A model generated the notes under the pieces. It ran no database searches, had not been told where the DNA came from, and saw only the letters and a program-made list of their open reading frames with translations. From Deltaproteobacteria bacterium (GTDB lineage Bacteria; Myxococcota_A; UBA9042; CAIXZC01), in NCBI GenBank assembly GCA_016875215.1, contig VGRX01000005.1, forward strand, positions 1 through 54,055: a DNA stretch of 54,055 bases, written 5' to 3'. This document shows, one piece after another, positions 37,348 through 46,862 of the stretch (position 1 is the first letter of the stretch; every line of letters starts with the position of its first letter). The translations under genes were made by a program, and so were the position numbers.

Positions 37348-37363
37348 TGCAAGTGCCGTGCCA
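37348..37363 (-). promoter_or_regulatory. Sigma-54 (RpoN) -24/-12 promoter
   Basis: Minus strand TGGCACGGCACTTGCA = TGGCAC-N5-TTGCA consensus. Confidence 0.8.
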
Positions 37364-37741
37364 GCCAGCGACTCGCTGGACGTTTTCTTTTGATTTCGCC
37401 AGATTTCCTTGCCGCCCACCCATCGGAATCACGGCCGATCGAGGGCTTGACAGGCGGTTGGGGCGGACGCCCAGGGAATCCGCAGATCGGATCGTGCGGG
37501 TGACGCGTCGCGTTGATTGCCGACTCCTGCGTCATGAGGCAAAACAGGGGGCAAACTGTATCGCCGTGAAACACTTCTGCCCTTCTCTTGGACCAAACGT
37601 CCGATCTCGTGCCCCCAGGCCCTTTTGGAACAGGTGGTAGAATTGTTCCAACGTGAAACATGTGTTCCGGGAAGGAGCAGAGCCAGGAGGGAACCCGGGG
37701 CTGGCGAAAGGGAGCGGTCGGTCAAGCCTCGACCGGCCGGC

Positions 37742-38128
37742 TCAGCGGGCGCACACGACCTCGATTTCGACCCGGGCCCCGCGGGGTAGCGCTGCCACCG
37801 CGACCGTGGCCCGGGCAGGCAGGCTGCCGGTGAAGTAGCCGGCATAGACCTCATTGACCTTGGGAAAGTCACCCATGTCCACCAGGAAGATCGTGCTCTT
37901 CACCACGTTTCCCAGCGTGAATCCGGCCGCTTCCACCACCGCCCGGACGTTCTCCATCACCAGGCGGGTCTGCGCCGTGATGTCTCCGGTCTCCATCTGG
38001 CCGGTCGTCGGGCTGAGCGGGATCTGCCCGGAAGCAAAAAGGAGATCGCTGCACGAGTCAACCAGGACCGCCTGGCTGTAAGGCCCGATGGCCTTTGGAG
38101 CGTTGTCGGTCTGTATCGTTCTAGCCAT
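37742..38128 (-). CDS. ridA: RidA/YjgF enamine-imine deaminase
   Basis: APKAIGPYSQAV, SGQIP, VKSTIFL.DM.DF..VNEVY, PARATVAV..LP.GA.VEIE. Confidence 0.93.
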   Translation of the reverse strand: MARTIQTDNAPKAIGPYSQAVLVDSCSDLLFASGQIPLSPTTGQMETGDITAQTRLVMENVRAVVEAAGFTLGNVVKSTIFLVDMGDFPKVNEVYAGYFTGSLPARATVAVAALPRGARVEIEVVCAR

Positions 38129-38241
38129 CCCTGAACCTCCGCACGCGGGTGGAACGCGCGCAGAGTTGCCCATTTTTTGACAGATTGCAAGGGGGGAATA
38201 GCCTTGACTCGGACGTGTTCGTGCGGACTCCGGGGGATGAC

Positions 38242-39171
38242 ATGAGGCTGCGGGACGAAGGGAAGCTGAAGCCGAAGATGGAGTTCCAGTTCGAGACCCG
38301 GCATTTCTTCCTGCTGGTCGTCTGGAGCATCCCCCTGTCCGTCATCATCTTCTGCACCGGTCTGTTCATCGGGCAGAAGGGGCAGGCAGGCACTCGGGGC
38401 GTGACGCTGAACAACCCGCAGGGCAACGGCCCGGAGGTTCGGGAGAACCGTCCGGACCCGCTGCTCAGCTCGCTGTCGTTTCTGTCCCGGCTGGTCCGAC
38501 ACCCCGAGAAGAGGCAGCACGAGGATGCCGCACTCGATGCCCTGGCAGCGCTTCGCGAGGACATCCTGAAGAAGCAGGAGCGTGAGGATGCCGTGCTTCG
38601 CGCGCAGCTCGAGCGGGAGGTGTTCAGCCCTCCTGCAGCCCCTCCGGTCGACCCGCAGCAGGTGCTGGCGTCGTCCAACGGCGTGCAGGCGACCCTGGGG
38701 CGCTCCCGTCAGGCCAACATGGGGCTGGTCCCGGATCTGTCGGCCCTGGCCGCTCCGGTCGAGCCCGAGCCGGTACCCGTACCCGAGGCGCAACTCGCTG
38801 CAGAGCTGCCGGAGCCGGTTGCCCCTCTTGCGGACCCAGCCCACGTGCAGGAGCCTGCTGCAAGAGCCGATGGTCTGCCCCAGGGGGACCCGTCGCAGAT
38901 CGAGGTGAACGCGGACGGCCGCCAGCGCTTCTACGCCATCCAGGCCAAGGCATTCCGGGAGAAGTCGGACGCCGATGTCTTCCTCGGCTATCTCCAGCAG
39001 GAGCTCACCAGGTCCGAGTACAAGGCCTTCATCATGCCCGTCGAGCTGCCCGGCAAAGGCAAGTGGTACCGCGTTCGCATCGGCAAGTTCCAGACCCGGC
39101 TGGACGCCGAGAAGTTCAAGCAGTCGTTCGAGAAGAAGCTCGGGCTTGAAACCTTCCTCGTGACTCTGTAA
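38242..39171 (+). CDS. SPOR-domain membrane protein (FtsN/DedD-like)
   Basis: One N-terminal TM, Pro-rich linker, C-terminal YAIQAKAF...KGKWYRVRIGKF. Confidence 0.85.
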   Translation: MRLRDEGKLKPKMEFQFETRHFFLLVVWSIPLSVIIFCTGLFIGQKGQAGTRGVTLNNPQGNGPEVRENRPDPLLSSLSFLSRLVRHPEKRQHEDAALDALAALREDILKKQEREDAVLRAQLEREVFSPPAAPPVDPQQVLASSNGVQATLGRSRQANMGLVPDLSALAAPVEPEPVPVPEAQLAAELPEPVAPLADPAHVQEPAARADGLPQGDPSQIEVNADGRQRFYAIQAKAFREKSDADVFLGYLQQELTRSEYKAFIMPVELPGKGKWYRVRIGKFQTRLDAEKFKQSFEKKLGLETFLVTL

Positions 39172-39234
39172 CGTCCGGTCCTGTCCCGCAGGGACCCCTT
39201 CGAACACATCGACTTGCGGGCAATTGGGGGTCAG

Positions 39235-40254
39235 ATGGAAGCCTACATCCTCGACGGCCCGCGCCAGCTCCGGGAGGCCGCTCGGGCGGCAGAGGGCCTA
39301 CCTGCCAGTCTCTTCAAAGGCCCGGACGGATCGGGTCGGCCCTTTGCTTCCGCCATGCTCCTCGGCATGGGGGGCAGCGCCCTGTCGGCAGGGCTGCTCG
39401 AGTTGCTCCGGTTCGCAGAGCGGAGCGACTGGCGGTTCGATGTCGTTCGGGACTACCGGCTGCCTCGGAAGCCGGACCGCTCCACGCTGCTGCTGGCCTT
39501 GTCCTACTCCGGTGAGACCGAGGAAACCCTGGCGGCGTTCGAGGAGGCCATGGCTGCCGGGAGCCCGGCCGTGGCCGCGTCCAGGGGCGGCAGGCTCGAA
39601 GAGGCCGCACGCCGCCACTCGGTCCCCTTTGTCCGCGTTCCGGAGCGGCCGGCCGACTTCCAGCCCCGCTTTGCCCTGAGTTTCATGTTTGCTCTGGCCT
39701 GGCGCATCCTGGTCCGGGCCGGGCTCCTGGCCACCTCGACATCGCTGGACGAGCTGTCGGACCGGCTGGCCGCACTCGACCTTCGGCCGCAAGGGGAGGA
39801 GCTGGCTGCCTGGATCGGGGAACGCATCCCGGTGGTCTACGTGCCCACGGAGTTCGAGGCCGGCGTGGCCCGTACCTGGCGCATCAAGTTCAACGAGAAT
39901 GCCAAGATCCCGTGCATCGCCGGCGCCCTGCCCGAGGCGAACCACAACGAGATGATCGCATTTCCGGGAACTGAGCCCCCGGGCCGGTTCGCATTCCTCC
40001 TGTTCGATGATCCGGATGGCGATGAGCGGGTCTCCGTCCGGTTCCGCCTCACCGGTGAGCTGCTGAGCTCATACGGCTACCCGGTCAGGCAGCTCCGCCT
40101 CGACCCCGGCGTGCCCCCTGTGCAGAAGGCCCTGTCATCGCTTCTCCTGGCCGACTGGGTCACCCTGGCCCATGCCCGACTGCACGGCGTGGACCCGGTC
40201 TCGATCCCCGCGATCCAGGAGTTCAAGCAGCTCCTCCGCAACGAGCCTCGATAG
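39235..40254 (+). CDS. Bifunctional phosphoglucose/phosphomannose isomerase (SIS domain)
   Basis: GMGGSA, RDYRLP, SYSGETEET, SRGG, FQPR, FNENAK, PEANHNE, GVDP. Confidence 0.9.
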   Translation: MEAYILDGPRQLREAARAAEGLPASLFKGPDGSGRPFASAMLLGMGGSALSAGLLELLRFAERSDWRFDVVRDYRLPRKPDRSTLLLALSYSGETEETLAAFEEAMAAGSPAVAASRGGRLEEAARRHSVPFVRVPERPADFQPRFALSFMFALAWRILVRAGLLATSTSLDELSDRLAALDLRPQGEELAAWIGERIPVVYVPTEFEAGVARTWRIKFNENAKIPCIAGALPEANHNEMIAFPGTEPPGRFAFLLFDDPDGDERVSVRFRLTGELLSSYGYPVRQLRLDPGVPPVQKALSSLLLADWVTLAHARLHGVDPVSIPAIQEFKQLLRNEPR

Positions 40255-40271
40255 GAATCCCAGGGGCCTTG

Positions 40272-41144
40272 CTACTCGCTGCGGCGGGCACAGACGAATC
40301 GATCTTCGCCCGCCAGATCCTTGCCGATCTCGATGTCGACGAAGCCGGCCGAGGCCAGAAGGCGGCGGACCGTCGGCGTCTGGGCGGCACCGGCGTATTC
40401 CATGAGGAAGATCCCGCCAGCGACCAGCACGCGCTCGAGCAGCGGGACGATTCCGGTCACCAGGTCGAGCCCCTCCGGGCCCCCGTCCACCGCTTCGCGC
40501 GGCTCGTGCAGCCGAATCTCCGGCGGCAGGCCGTCCCATTCCCCGGTCGGAACGTAGGGGGGATTGCAGGTCACGAACCGGAACGTCTCGGTCGCCCTCG
40601 ACAGGTAGTCCCGTGCATCGGCCTCGATGACGTTGAGCCGGTCCGATACGCCGGCATCACGGGCATTGTCCGCGGCCGTCCGGACCGCCACCGGCGAGAT
40701 GTCGACCGCTGTTCCCACCGCAGCCGGACGCTCGGCCAGAATGCTGACGGCCACGTTCCCGCTGCCGGTGCACAGGTCGAGGAGGAGGAAGCGCTCGTCC
40801 GGCTGGGTGGCTGCCAGAACCTGCTCCACCAGGAGCTCGGTTTCGGGCCGGGGTACGAACACCCCTGCCGGCGTGTGCAGGCGCAGGCGGTGGAACTCGC
40901 GCCCGCCGGTGATGTGAGCAACGCAGTGCCGGGCGGCCCGCTCCCGCACCAGCCCCCGGAAACGGTCCAGTTCCGGGCGCGTCAGCGGCCGGTCCGGCCC
41001 GGTGTACAGGTCGAGCCGCGTGCACCCGAGCGCGTGCGCCAGCAACAGCTCCGTATCCAGGCGCGGGGAATCGCATCCCTTGTCCTTCAGGTAGCTCGTG
41101 GTCCAGCGCAGAAGGTCCAGCACGGTCCAGATGCGGTTGTCCAT
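40272..41144 (-). CDS. prmC: Release factor glutamine methyltransferase
   Basis: WTVLDLLRWT, SPRLDTELLLAH, VFVPRPETE, LDLCTGSG, NPPY, EP..A.DGG..GL. Confidence 0.95.
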   Translation of the reverse strand: MDNRIWTVLDLLRWTTSYLKDKGCDSPRLDTELLLAHALGCTRLDLYTGPDRPLTRPELDRFRGLVRERAARHCVAHITGGREFHRLRLHTPAGVFVPRPETELLVEQVLAATQPDERFLLLDLCTGSGNVAVSILAERPAAVGTAVDISPVAVRTAADNARDAGVSDRLNVIEADARDYLSRATETFRFVTCNPPYVPTGEWDGLPPEIRLHEPREAVDGGPEGLDLVTGIVPLLERVLVAGGIFLMEYAGAAQTPTVRRLLASAGFVDIEIGKDLAGEDRFVCARRSE

Positions 41145-43249
41145 CAGCGGACCTCCTCTGTTGCCGGGGCCGCAAGGACTCCGGACGTCAGTCTGCACAG
41201 AGCGAGGTACCAGTCGGCACGGGCGGACGCAGAGGCCTCCGCCGGCAGCTCGAGCGCCGCATCCAGAACGTCGGCAGCCGGAGTCGCAGCAGCCAGCTCG
41301 GTGAACAGCATCTGCCGGAGGGCCGGGTCGACCACGGCCGAGGCCAGACGCACGCGGGCCTGCCGAGGATACCGACTGCATTCCCGCACCGCATCGGCCA
41401 GAAGGTCATCCCGGCGCCACGAGTCGGCAATCGACAGCAGTTGCCTCTCCAACGCATCCAGCGTCGAGGCCTTCTCCTCCGACGTCGAGGCCGCCAGCCG
41501 GATTGCGCCCCGGGCGGCCACGTATCGGTCCTGCAACGCCGCTGCCACCCTTGCAGCGTGCTCCGTGTCCCGGTTGGCCAGCAGGAAGAGCAGCAGCGCA
41601 AACCGGGCATCGTCCCGGGAAGAGGGGTCTTCCAGCAGGTCCAGCGTCTGCATGGCCAGGGCGACGGACTTCGGGGCCACCTGTCTCGCCAGGCAGGTCG
41701 CTGCCTCCTTTCGCATCTCGCCGTCCGCTATTCGGGGTACCGTAGCGGTCGCATCGGAATCGAGCCCCGCACAGACCAGGCAGCTTCGGTACCACGCCCG
41801 CTCGCGCATGTCGTCCGGACCGCCGGACACGATGCGACGGACCTCCCGAGGGGCAGAGGCACAGCAGGCCGCCAGCACCTCGTCCGACAGATCCGGTCCG
41901 AGTCGAGTCTTCGCCTCGCGGTAGACCTCCTCCAGGCGAGCCGGATCCTTGCTGCACAGACCCGCAAACATAGTGGTTGCCGCCTCGCGTGCGCGCGCCG
42001 GAGGCAGGTGCGTCAGAACCAGGTGGAGAGCCATGGCAGGCCTTTGCTCGAAGAGCCCCGACGCGATGCTCTCGGCCGCTTCGGCCCGGTACGCTCGGTC
42101 GCCGATGCGCAGCACGAGACCGACGGCCCTGTCGGGAGAGGCCGGAACCACTCCCGGAGCCGCCGCGGCATAGACCTCGTCCCGATCGAGCGGCAGGGTC
42201 AGGTGCTCGGACAACGAGAGCGCGGCCTCGGGCAGCCGCGTGGCGAGCCGAAGCGCCACGTCCAGCAGTGCCCATCGTCTCACCAGCCTGGACTCGATTC
42301 CCTGCTCGACGGATTCCGGCCCGAGAACAGCGCCGGCAGCGGCCGACTCCGCACGTGACCGAGCCATGGCAAAATCGTTGAGCAGCGGCTCGACGATGCG
42401 ATCGAGCCACATCGCCACCGAGTCCGGGCCGTGTCTCTGCACCGCTGGAAGGAGAGAGACAAGCATCTGTTCGCGGACGATGCGCGACTCCACGGTCGAC
42501 AGAACGGCCAGCGCTGCGTTTGCGTCCAGCGCGGCCAGGTTCTCGGCGATGGCCGCCACCAGGGCAACGTGCCTCTCCCCCGGAATCCCCCGGATCACAC
42601 GGAGTGCGGCCGCCGTGTCCTGCCCGGCCAGGGCCAGCACGGCCGTGCGGACCTCCTCCAGGTCTGGGTGGCGGGCAGCGCACGGGCCGATTCTGCCGGC
42701 AGCGACCTCGGGTGCGTAGCGGGCCTCGACCCGGGCGATGCCGAGCTCCAGGCGGCATCGCTCGGGCGGCTCGCTGATCTCCGCCGCGGCCGCTGCGGCC
42801 ATGCGCAGGAGCGTGTCCACCTCCGGCGAACGAGGGTGGGGCGCTGCTGCCGGAGGCAGCCCTGGTGTCGGAACCTCGGTCTCGGGCAGCGCAGGCATCG
42901 CTGCCTGGGTTCCGGTCGCGTCACCGGCCGTCTGCGCCGCCACGCCCGTCGCAGCATCGGTGCCGGATGCGTCACCCGGCCCTCCGGACGGACTGCCTGC
43001 GCCCCCCGAGGGGTGCGCCACTCCCCCCCCGGCTGGCTCGCCCGGCAGAGCGGGACCCGCATCGCCGCGCCTCTCACCGAGCCGGCGGGGAGGGCCCGCA
43101 TCCGGCGCAGGGGCCTCCACCGGGCTTTGGTTGCACCCTGTCGCCTGGACCACGACCGCAAGCAGAGCGGATGCAAGGAGCATCGGGCAAATCCGGCCGA
43201 CACACCAGGGAATCCGGGGGTGCGCAGTTTCGGGTAGATTCAGTGCCAC
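41144..43249 (-). CDS. Hypothetical alpha-helical repeat lipoprotein; start uncertain
   Basis: Signal-like LLASALLAVVVQATGC, low-complexity linker, Ala/Leu-rich helical repeats; stop overlaps the prmC start. Confidence 0.7.
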   Translation of the reverse strand: MALNLPETAHPRIPWCVGRICPMLLASALLAVVVQATGCNQSPVEAPAPDAGPPRRLGERRGDAGPALPGEPAGGGVAHPSGGAGSPSGGPGDASGTDAATGVAAQTAGDATGTQAAMPALPETEVPTPGLPPAAAPHPRSPEVDTLLRMAAAAAAEISEPPERCRLELGIARVEARYAPEVAAGRIGPCAARHPDLEEVRTAVLALAGQDTAAALRVIRGIPGERHVALVAAIAENLAALDANAALAVLSTVESRIVREQMLVSLLPAVQRHGPDSVAMWLDRIVEPLLNDFAMARSRAESAAAGAVLGPESVEQGIESRLVRRWALLDVALRLATRLPEAALSLSEHLTLPLDRDEVYAAAAPGVVPASPDRAVGLVLRIGDRAYRAEAAESIASGLFEQRPAMALHLVLTHLPPARAREAATTMFAGLCSKDPARLEEVYREAKTRLGPDLSDEVLAACCASAPREVRRIVSGGPDDMRERAWYRSCLVCAGLDSDATATVPRIADGEMRKEAATCLARQVAPKSVALAMQTLDLLEDPSSRDDARFALLLFLLANRDTEHAARVAAALQDRYVAARGAIRLAASTSEEKASTLDALERQLLSIADSWRRDDLLADAVRECSRYPRQARVRLASAVVDPALRQMLFTELAAATPAADVLDAALELPAEASASARADWYLALCRLTSGVLAAPATEEVR

Positions 43250-43255
43250 TGCGGC

Positions 43256-44968
43256 CTACTGTGGGTTGAAGACCTCGGCCTGCTCAACCATCGACGGTGC
43301 GGTCGAGAGCCCCGTGAGGCCGCCATAGAACAGTACCCTGCCGTCCGCGGTGAGGACCGCTCCGTGATCCCATCGCGGAACGAGCATCGGGATGGGGAAC
43401 TGGTCGCCGGGCCCGATGTCGACCACGGTCTCCCCCTTCTCGTTGAGGTACTCGAACACGATCTCGATGGTGTCGCACGCCTGGAGCGTCTCGTTCTTCT
43501 TGCACAGTCCCCCGGCAAGCAGGACGACGTTGCCGGGCAGCGCGGTCGCGGTCAGAGCGCCTCGTGCCTTCTTGAGCAGGAACGTCCCCGCCTCGCCGGA
43601 CCACTTCTCCTGCACCGTGTGCCAAACGCAGATGTCCTTGGTCGGCGACTGGTGCTTCGGGTCGGAGAATCCGCCGGCCACGTACAGGAAGTGCCGTTTC
43701 GGCACGAACGCGGCCGCATGCAGGGTCTTCTTGGCCGGTGCAGGGCTGTTCGGCAGCTGGTTGGAGCACAGGGAGACCGGCTGCGGGTCGAAGTCCTGGT
43801 TCGTGATGTCGAACACCTCCATGGTGTCCCTGACCGTGGTCGAGCCGGGGTCCCCGCCCCCCTCTCCACCCGCGATCACGACCACTTCCCTTGCCGACGG
43901 GTCGAGTTTCTTGGACACGTGGGTGGCCGTGTGTCGCCACCGCGAGCTCTGGAGTTGGCTGTTCGCGACCACTCCGTCCTCCGGGGTCCACACCTCCCAG
44001 GTCGCCTCGCCGGTGCCGTAGCCGCCGACCAGCAGCACGAATCCCTTGCCAGCGGACGAGATGAGCGTGGCCGTGTGGAAGGCCCGCGTGTCGGTCATCG
44101 GCGGCGGCGGCACGTCGGTCGGATCGCTCGGGTCGGGGCGGAAACCGGGACGGATCGGGTCGTAGATGTCCACCGAATTGGTCGGCTCACCGTTCTTGGT
44201 GAGGCCGCCGAAGATGGCGACCTCGCCGGAAGGCAGCTCCACCGCCGCGGCAAAGGCCCGCTTCTCGGTCATCACGACCAGCCCCGTGGTGCTTTCGACC
44301 AGCGAGAACGTCCCATCGGCCGGATTGTACAGCTCGCACGTGGACATCGCCTGTTCGGAGAACTTCGGGTTGGACCAGTCCTCGGGCGGAGGCTTGATGC
44401 TCTTCACGCCGCCGCAGATGAGGACGGTGCCGTCGAACAGCTCCACGGCCGTGGCGCCGTAGCGGGGTTCCGTGGTGGTCGTGACCTGCCCCGGCCCGCC
44501 TGCCGAAAGATCGCCAGGGGAGTAAGTGGGGCCGAAGCTGTTGATGCTCAGCGGAAGCATGTATACGCCCAGATCTTCCACGTTCTCGCCCTTGTCGTGC
44601 TGGACCGGGACCGATTGCCCGCGGGACACCACGTTCATGGGCGAGCCGGTCTGGTCCGCGTCGAGGCACTCGGCCACGATCACGAGTTCCTTTCCCGTCG
44701 GGAGCTTCGGCATCTTGATGTGGCCCGACAGGAAGGGCTGGACCTGGCAGTCTCTCAGCTTGGCCTCCCCCGCGATCCTGTAACAGACCTTGACGAACGA
44801 ACAGTTGGTGAAGGGATCCAAGTCCGGATACTGCGACTTCGGCGGACCATAGAGCAGGACGTTGAGCCCGTGCTCGGTGTCTCCCTCTCCACCACAACCC
44901 AGGCTGCCCCCCGCGACCAGGAGTGCCAGCAACGAAAAAGCTGCCCGACAGCTTGCGAACCCACGCAT
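43256..44968 (-). CDS. Kelch/galactose-oxidase-type beta-propeller lipoprotein
   Basis: Lipobox SLGC; repeated R..HTAT/AAV.L.DG.VLI.GG...E.Y(N/D)P blades. Confidence 0.87.
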   Translation of the reverse strand: MRGFASCRAAFSLLALLVAGGSLGCGGEGDTEHGLNVLLYGPPKSQYPDLDPFTNCSFVKVCYRIAGEAKLRDCQVQPFLSGHIKMPKLPTGKELVIVAECLDADQTGSPMNVVSRGQSVPVQHDKGENVEDLGVYMLPLSINSFGPTYSPGDLSAGGPGQVTTTTEPRYGATAVELFDGTVLICGGVKSIKPPPEDWSNPKFSEQAMSTCELYNPADGTFSLVESTTGLVVMTEKRAFAAAVELPSGEVAIFGGLTKNGEPTNSVDIYDPIRPGFRPDPSDPTDVPPPPMTDTRAFHTATLISSAGKGFVLLVGGYGTGEATWEVWTPEDGVVANSQLQSSRWRHTATHVSKKLDPSAREVVVIAGGEGGGDPGSTTVRDTMEVFDITNQDFDPQPVSLCSNQLPNSPAPAKKTLHAAAFVPKRHFLYVAGGFSDPKHQSPTKDICVWHTVQEKWSGEAGTFLLKKARGALTATALPGNVVLLAGGLCKKNETLQACDTIEIVFEYLNEKGETVVDIGPGDQFPIPMLVPRWDHGAVLTADGRVLFYGGLTGLSTAPSMVEQAEVFNPQ

Positions 44969-44996
44969 TTCACGCCCCCGCCTTGTGCCGAAGAAG

Positions 44997-46775
44997 TCAG
45001 CGCCCCGTGTTCCAGTAGACGTCAGCGTAGTATACCGAAGCCCCGCCACCGGAGCCGAGCTGGTCATACAGGAGGTAGCCCCCGCCGCCCAGCAGCCCGG
45101 CGCCCACGGCGACGCCCGTCCAGAACCACCACTTCGTGGCGATTCCTCCCTTCTTGTCCTTCTTCTTCTCCCCCCAGTCCTCCCCTCCGACGGTGGGGCC
45201 GATGATGGGATTCGAAGTGGTGGTGCCTCCGGAATCGCCGCTTCCGGCTCCGCCGTCCGCGAAGATCGACGACAGGTCGCCCAGATCCTCCTGCGTGTGC
45301 GTCGGCTGGGTACGCGACGTCAGCTCCGGCTGCTTCTCGACGTCGTTCGAGGTGACCCGGATCGGCTGCTTCTCCTCAGGCCTGACCACCTCGACCGGCT
45401 TGACCACCTCGACCGGCTTGACCACCTCGACCGGCTTGGCCACCTCGACCGGCTTGGCCACCTCGACCGGCTTGGCCACCTCGACCGGCTTGGCCACCTC
45501 GACCGGCTTGGCCGCTGCCGCGTCGGCCCTGGCCTTCGCCTCCCGCGAGGCGAGATAGACTTCGGGAGTCCCCCGAACGACCTTGTTCTTCGGGAACTTG
45601 TCCAGTGCAGACGCCAGGTTCGCCTCGAGGAAGAGGAGGTTGACCTGCAGGTTCGTCAGGTTCTGGTCGAACGCCACGGGCTCCACCTCGGCCAGCGCGC
45701 TCCACTCGGCCTTGTAGAGGAACAGGGTCAGCTTGGTCCCCTTGGGCTCTGCAGACACGAACCCGAACAGGAGGTAGGGAACCTGGGCCTGGTCCGCAAA
45801 CTGCTTGGCGACTTTGCTGAACTCCATGGCGTAGTCGCCGGTGAGCGCGAACTCGTAGGTCTTGAAAGCGACCCCTTCCCAGTCCCCTTTCACCACGACC
45901 TTCTCCTGCTGCACCTCCTTGAGCTCGGCCACGACCTTCTGGGTGCGTCCGGCTTCCGGCGCCCCCACCTTCTGGGCCCAGATCGTGTAGCCGTCCTTCA
46001 CCACCTGGACATAGTGCTTCCCGCGGTAGAGACCGTCCACGTCGATGCCGTTCTTGCCCGCTTCGATCGTTCCCTTGAGCAGGCCGTCGACAAAGACCTT
46101 GGACCCCTCGGCCGGGCTCACCTCGACGCGGACGATGCCCCCCTTGCGCCCCTCGAGCAGCCCCTTGAGCTTCTCCAGCGAGTCCACGAACTCCTTCGGG
46201 TAGCGCTTCCGATCGACGGCCAGCGTGGGCCGCCACACGAGCACCTCCTTGAGCAGCTCCTCGCCGTTGTCCCGGTAGCCGGCCAGGAAGAAGGCGATCG
46301 AGAGCTGGAGCGTGGCATCGACGAGCTTGTCGTAGTCCCGGAGCTCGAGGTAGTTCGCCTCGTACAGGTCCCGGGCATCCGACAGGGTCTGGATCGCCTT
46401 CTCGAAGTTCTTCTTCTCGAGCAGATCCTTGCCCGTCCACAGCAGGTTGTCCGCCTTGTCGAGCCAGGGAGCGACGACCACGGCCGTCTTGCGCATCTCC
46501 TCCTTGACCTTGGCGGCCTCGGCAGCCTTGAGCTCGTCGTCGGAAACCAGCTCGAGCTTCGTGCTCATCTTGAAGAGGGTCACGAAGTACTGCTCGACCT
46601 TGTTGAACACCACCTCGGAGACCCCCTCCCCCCGCACGAACGGGAAGAGGTACACCTTCGGCTTGCCCTGAGGGGCGGGTTGCGCCATTGCAGTCGATGC
46701 CAGCAGCCCGGTCAGAAGCACAGCGACCCATCCTGTCAACCGCCCGGCCGTCCCTTTCGTTCCCACAGTGCTCAT
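44997..46775 (-). CDS. PEGA-domain protein with C-terminal KWWFW motif and TM anchor
   Basis: AAGGAGG RBS; signal peptide; VSPAEGSKVFVDG...GKHYVQVVKDGY (PEGA); KWWFWTGVAVGAGLLGGGGYLLY. Confidence 0.85.
   Translation of the reverse strand: MSTVGTKGTAGRLTGWVAVLLTGLLASTAMAQPAPQGKPKVYLFPFVRGEGVSEVVFNKVEQYFVTLFKMSTKLELVSDDELKAAEAAKVKEEMRKTAVVVAPWLDKADNLLWTGKDLLEKKNFEKAIQTLSDARDLYEANYLELRDYDKLVDATLQLSIAFFLAGYRDNGEELLKEVLVWRPTLAVDRKRYPKEFVDSLEKLKGLLEGRKGGIVRVEVSPAEGSKVFVDGLLKGTIEAGKNGIDVDGLYRGKHYVQVVKDGYTIWAQKVGAPEAGRTQKVVAELKEVQQEKVVVKGDWEGVAFKTYEFALTGDYAMEFSKVAKQFADQAQVPYLLFGFVSAEPKGTKLTLFLYKAEWSALAEVEPVAFDQNLTNLQVNLLFLEANLASALDKFPKNKVVRGTPEVYLASREAKARADAAAAKPVEVAKPVEVAKPVEVAKPVEVAKPVEVVKPVEVVKPVEVVRPEEKQPIRVTSNDVEKQPELTSRTQPTHTQEDLGDLSSIFADGGAGSGDSGGTTTSNPIIGPTVGGEDWGEKKKDKKGGIATKWWFWTGVAVGAGLLGGGGYLLYDQLGSGGGASVYYADVYWNTGR
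45385..45510 (-). repeat. Seven in-frame 18-bp repeats (KPVEV[AV])
   Basis: (A/G)CCACCTCGACCGGCTTG x7. Confidence 0.92.
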
Positions 46776-46862
46776 TGCGTGTCCTCCTTGTACCGAAAGA
46801 AATGGACCGCGCGCCCCACTTATGGTAACCATACTCCCTACCAGAAGCGAGGGCGCGCGTCA

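Noticed and set aside
37163-37432. 89-aa minus-strand ORF (and 37203..37661, 37287..37640) in the sRNA region
   Set aside because: Its ATG starts lie upstream of the predicted sigma-54 +1, there is no RBS, codon usage is atypical and no motif is present.
37644-37660. parS-like site TGTTCCAACGTGAAACA
   Set aside because: One base longer than the 16-bp parS palindrome, which breaks the symmetry; better explained as one of two TGT-N11-ACA sites.
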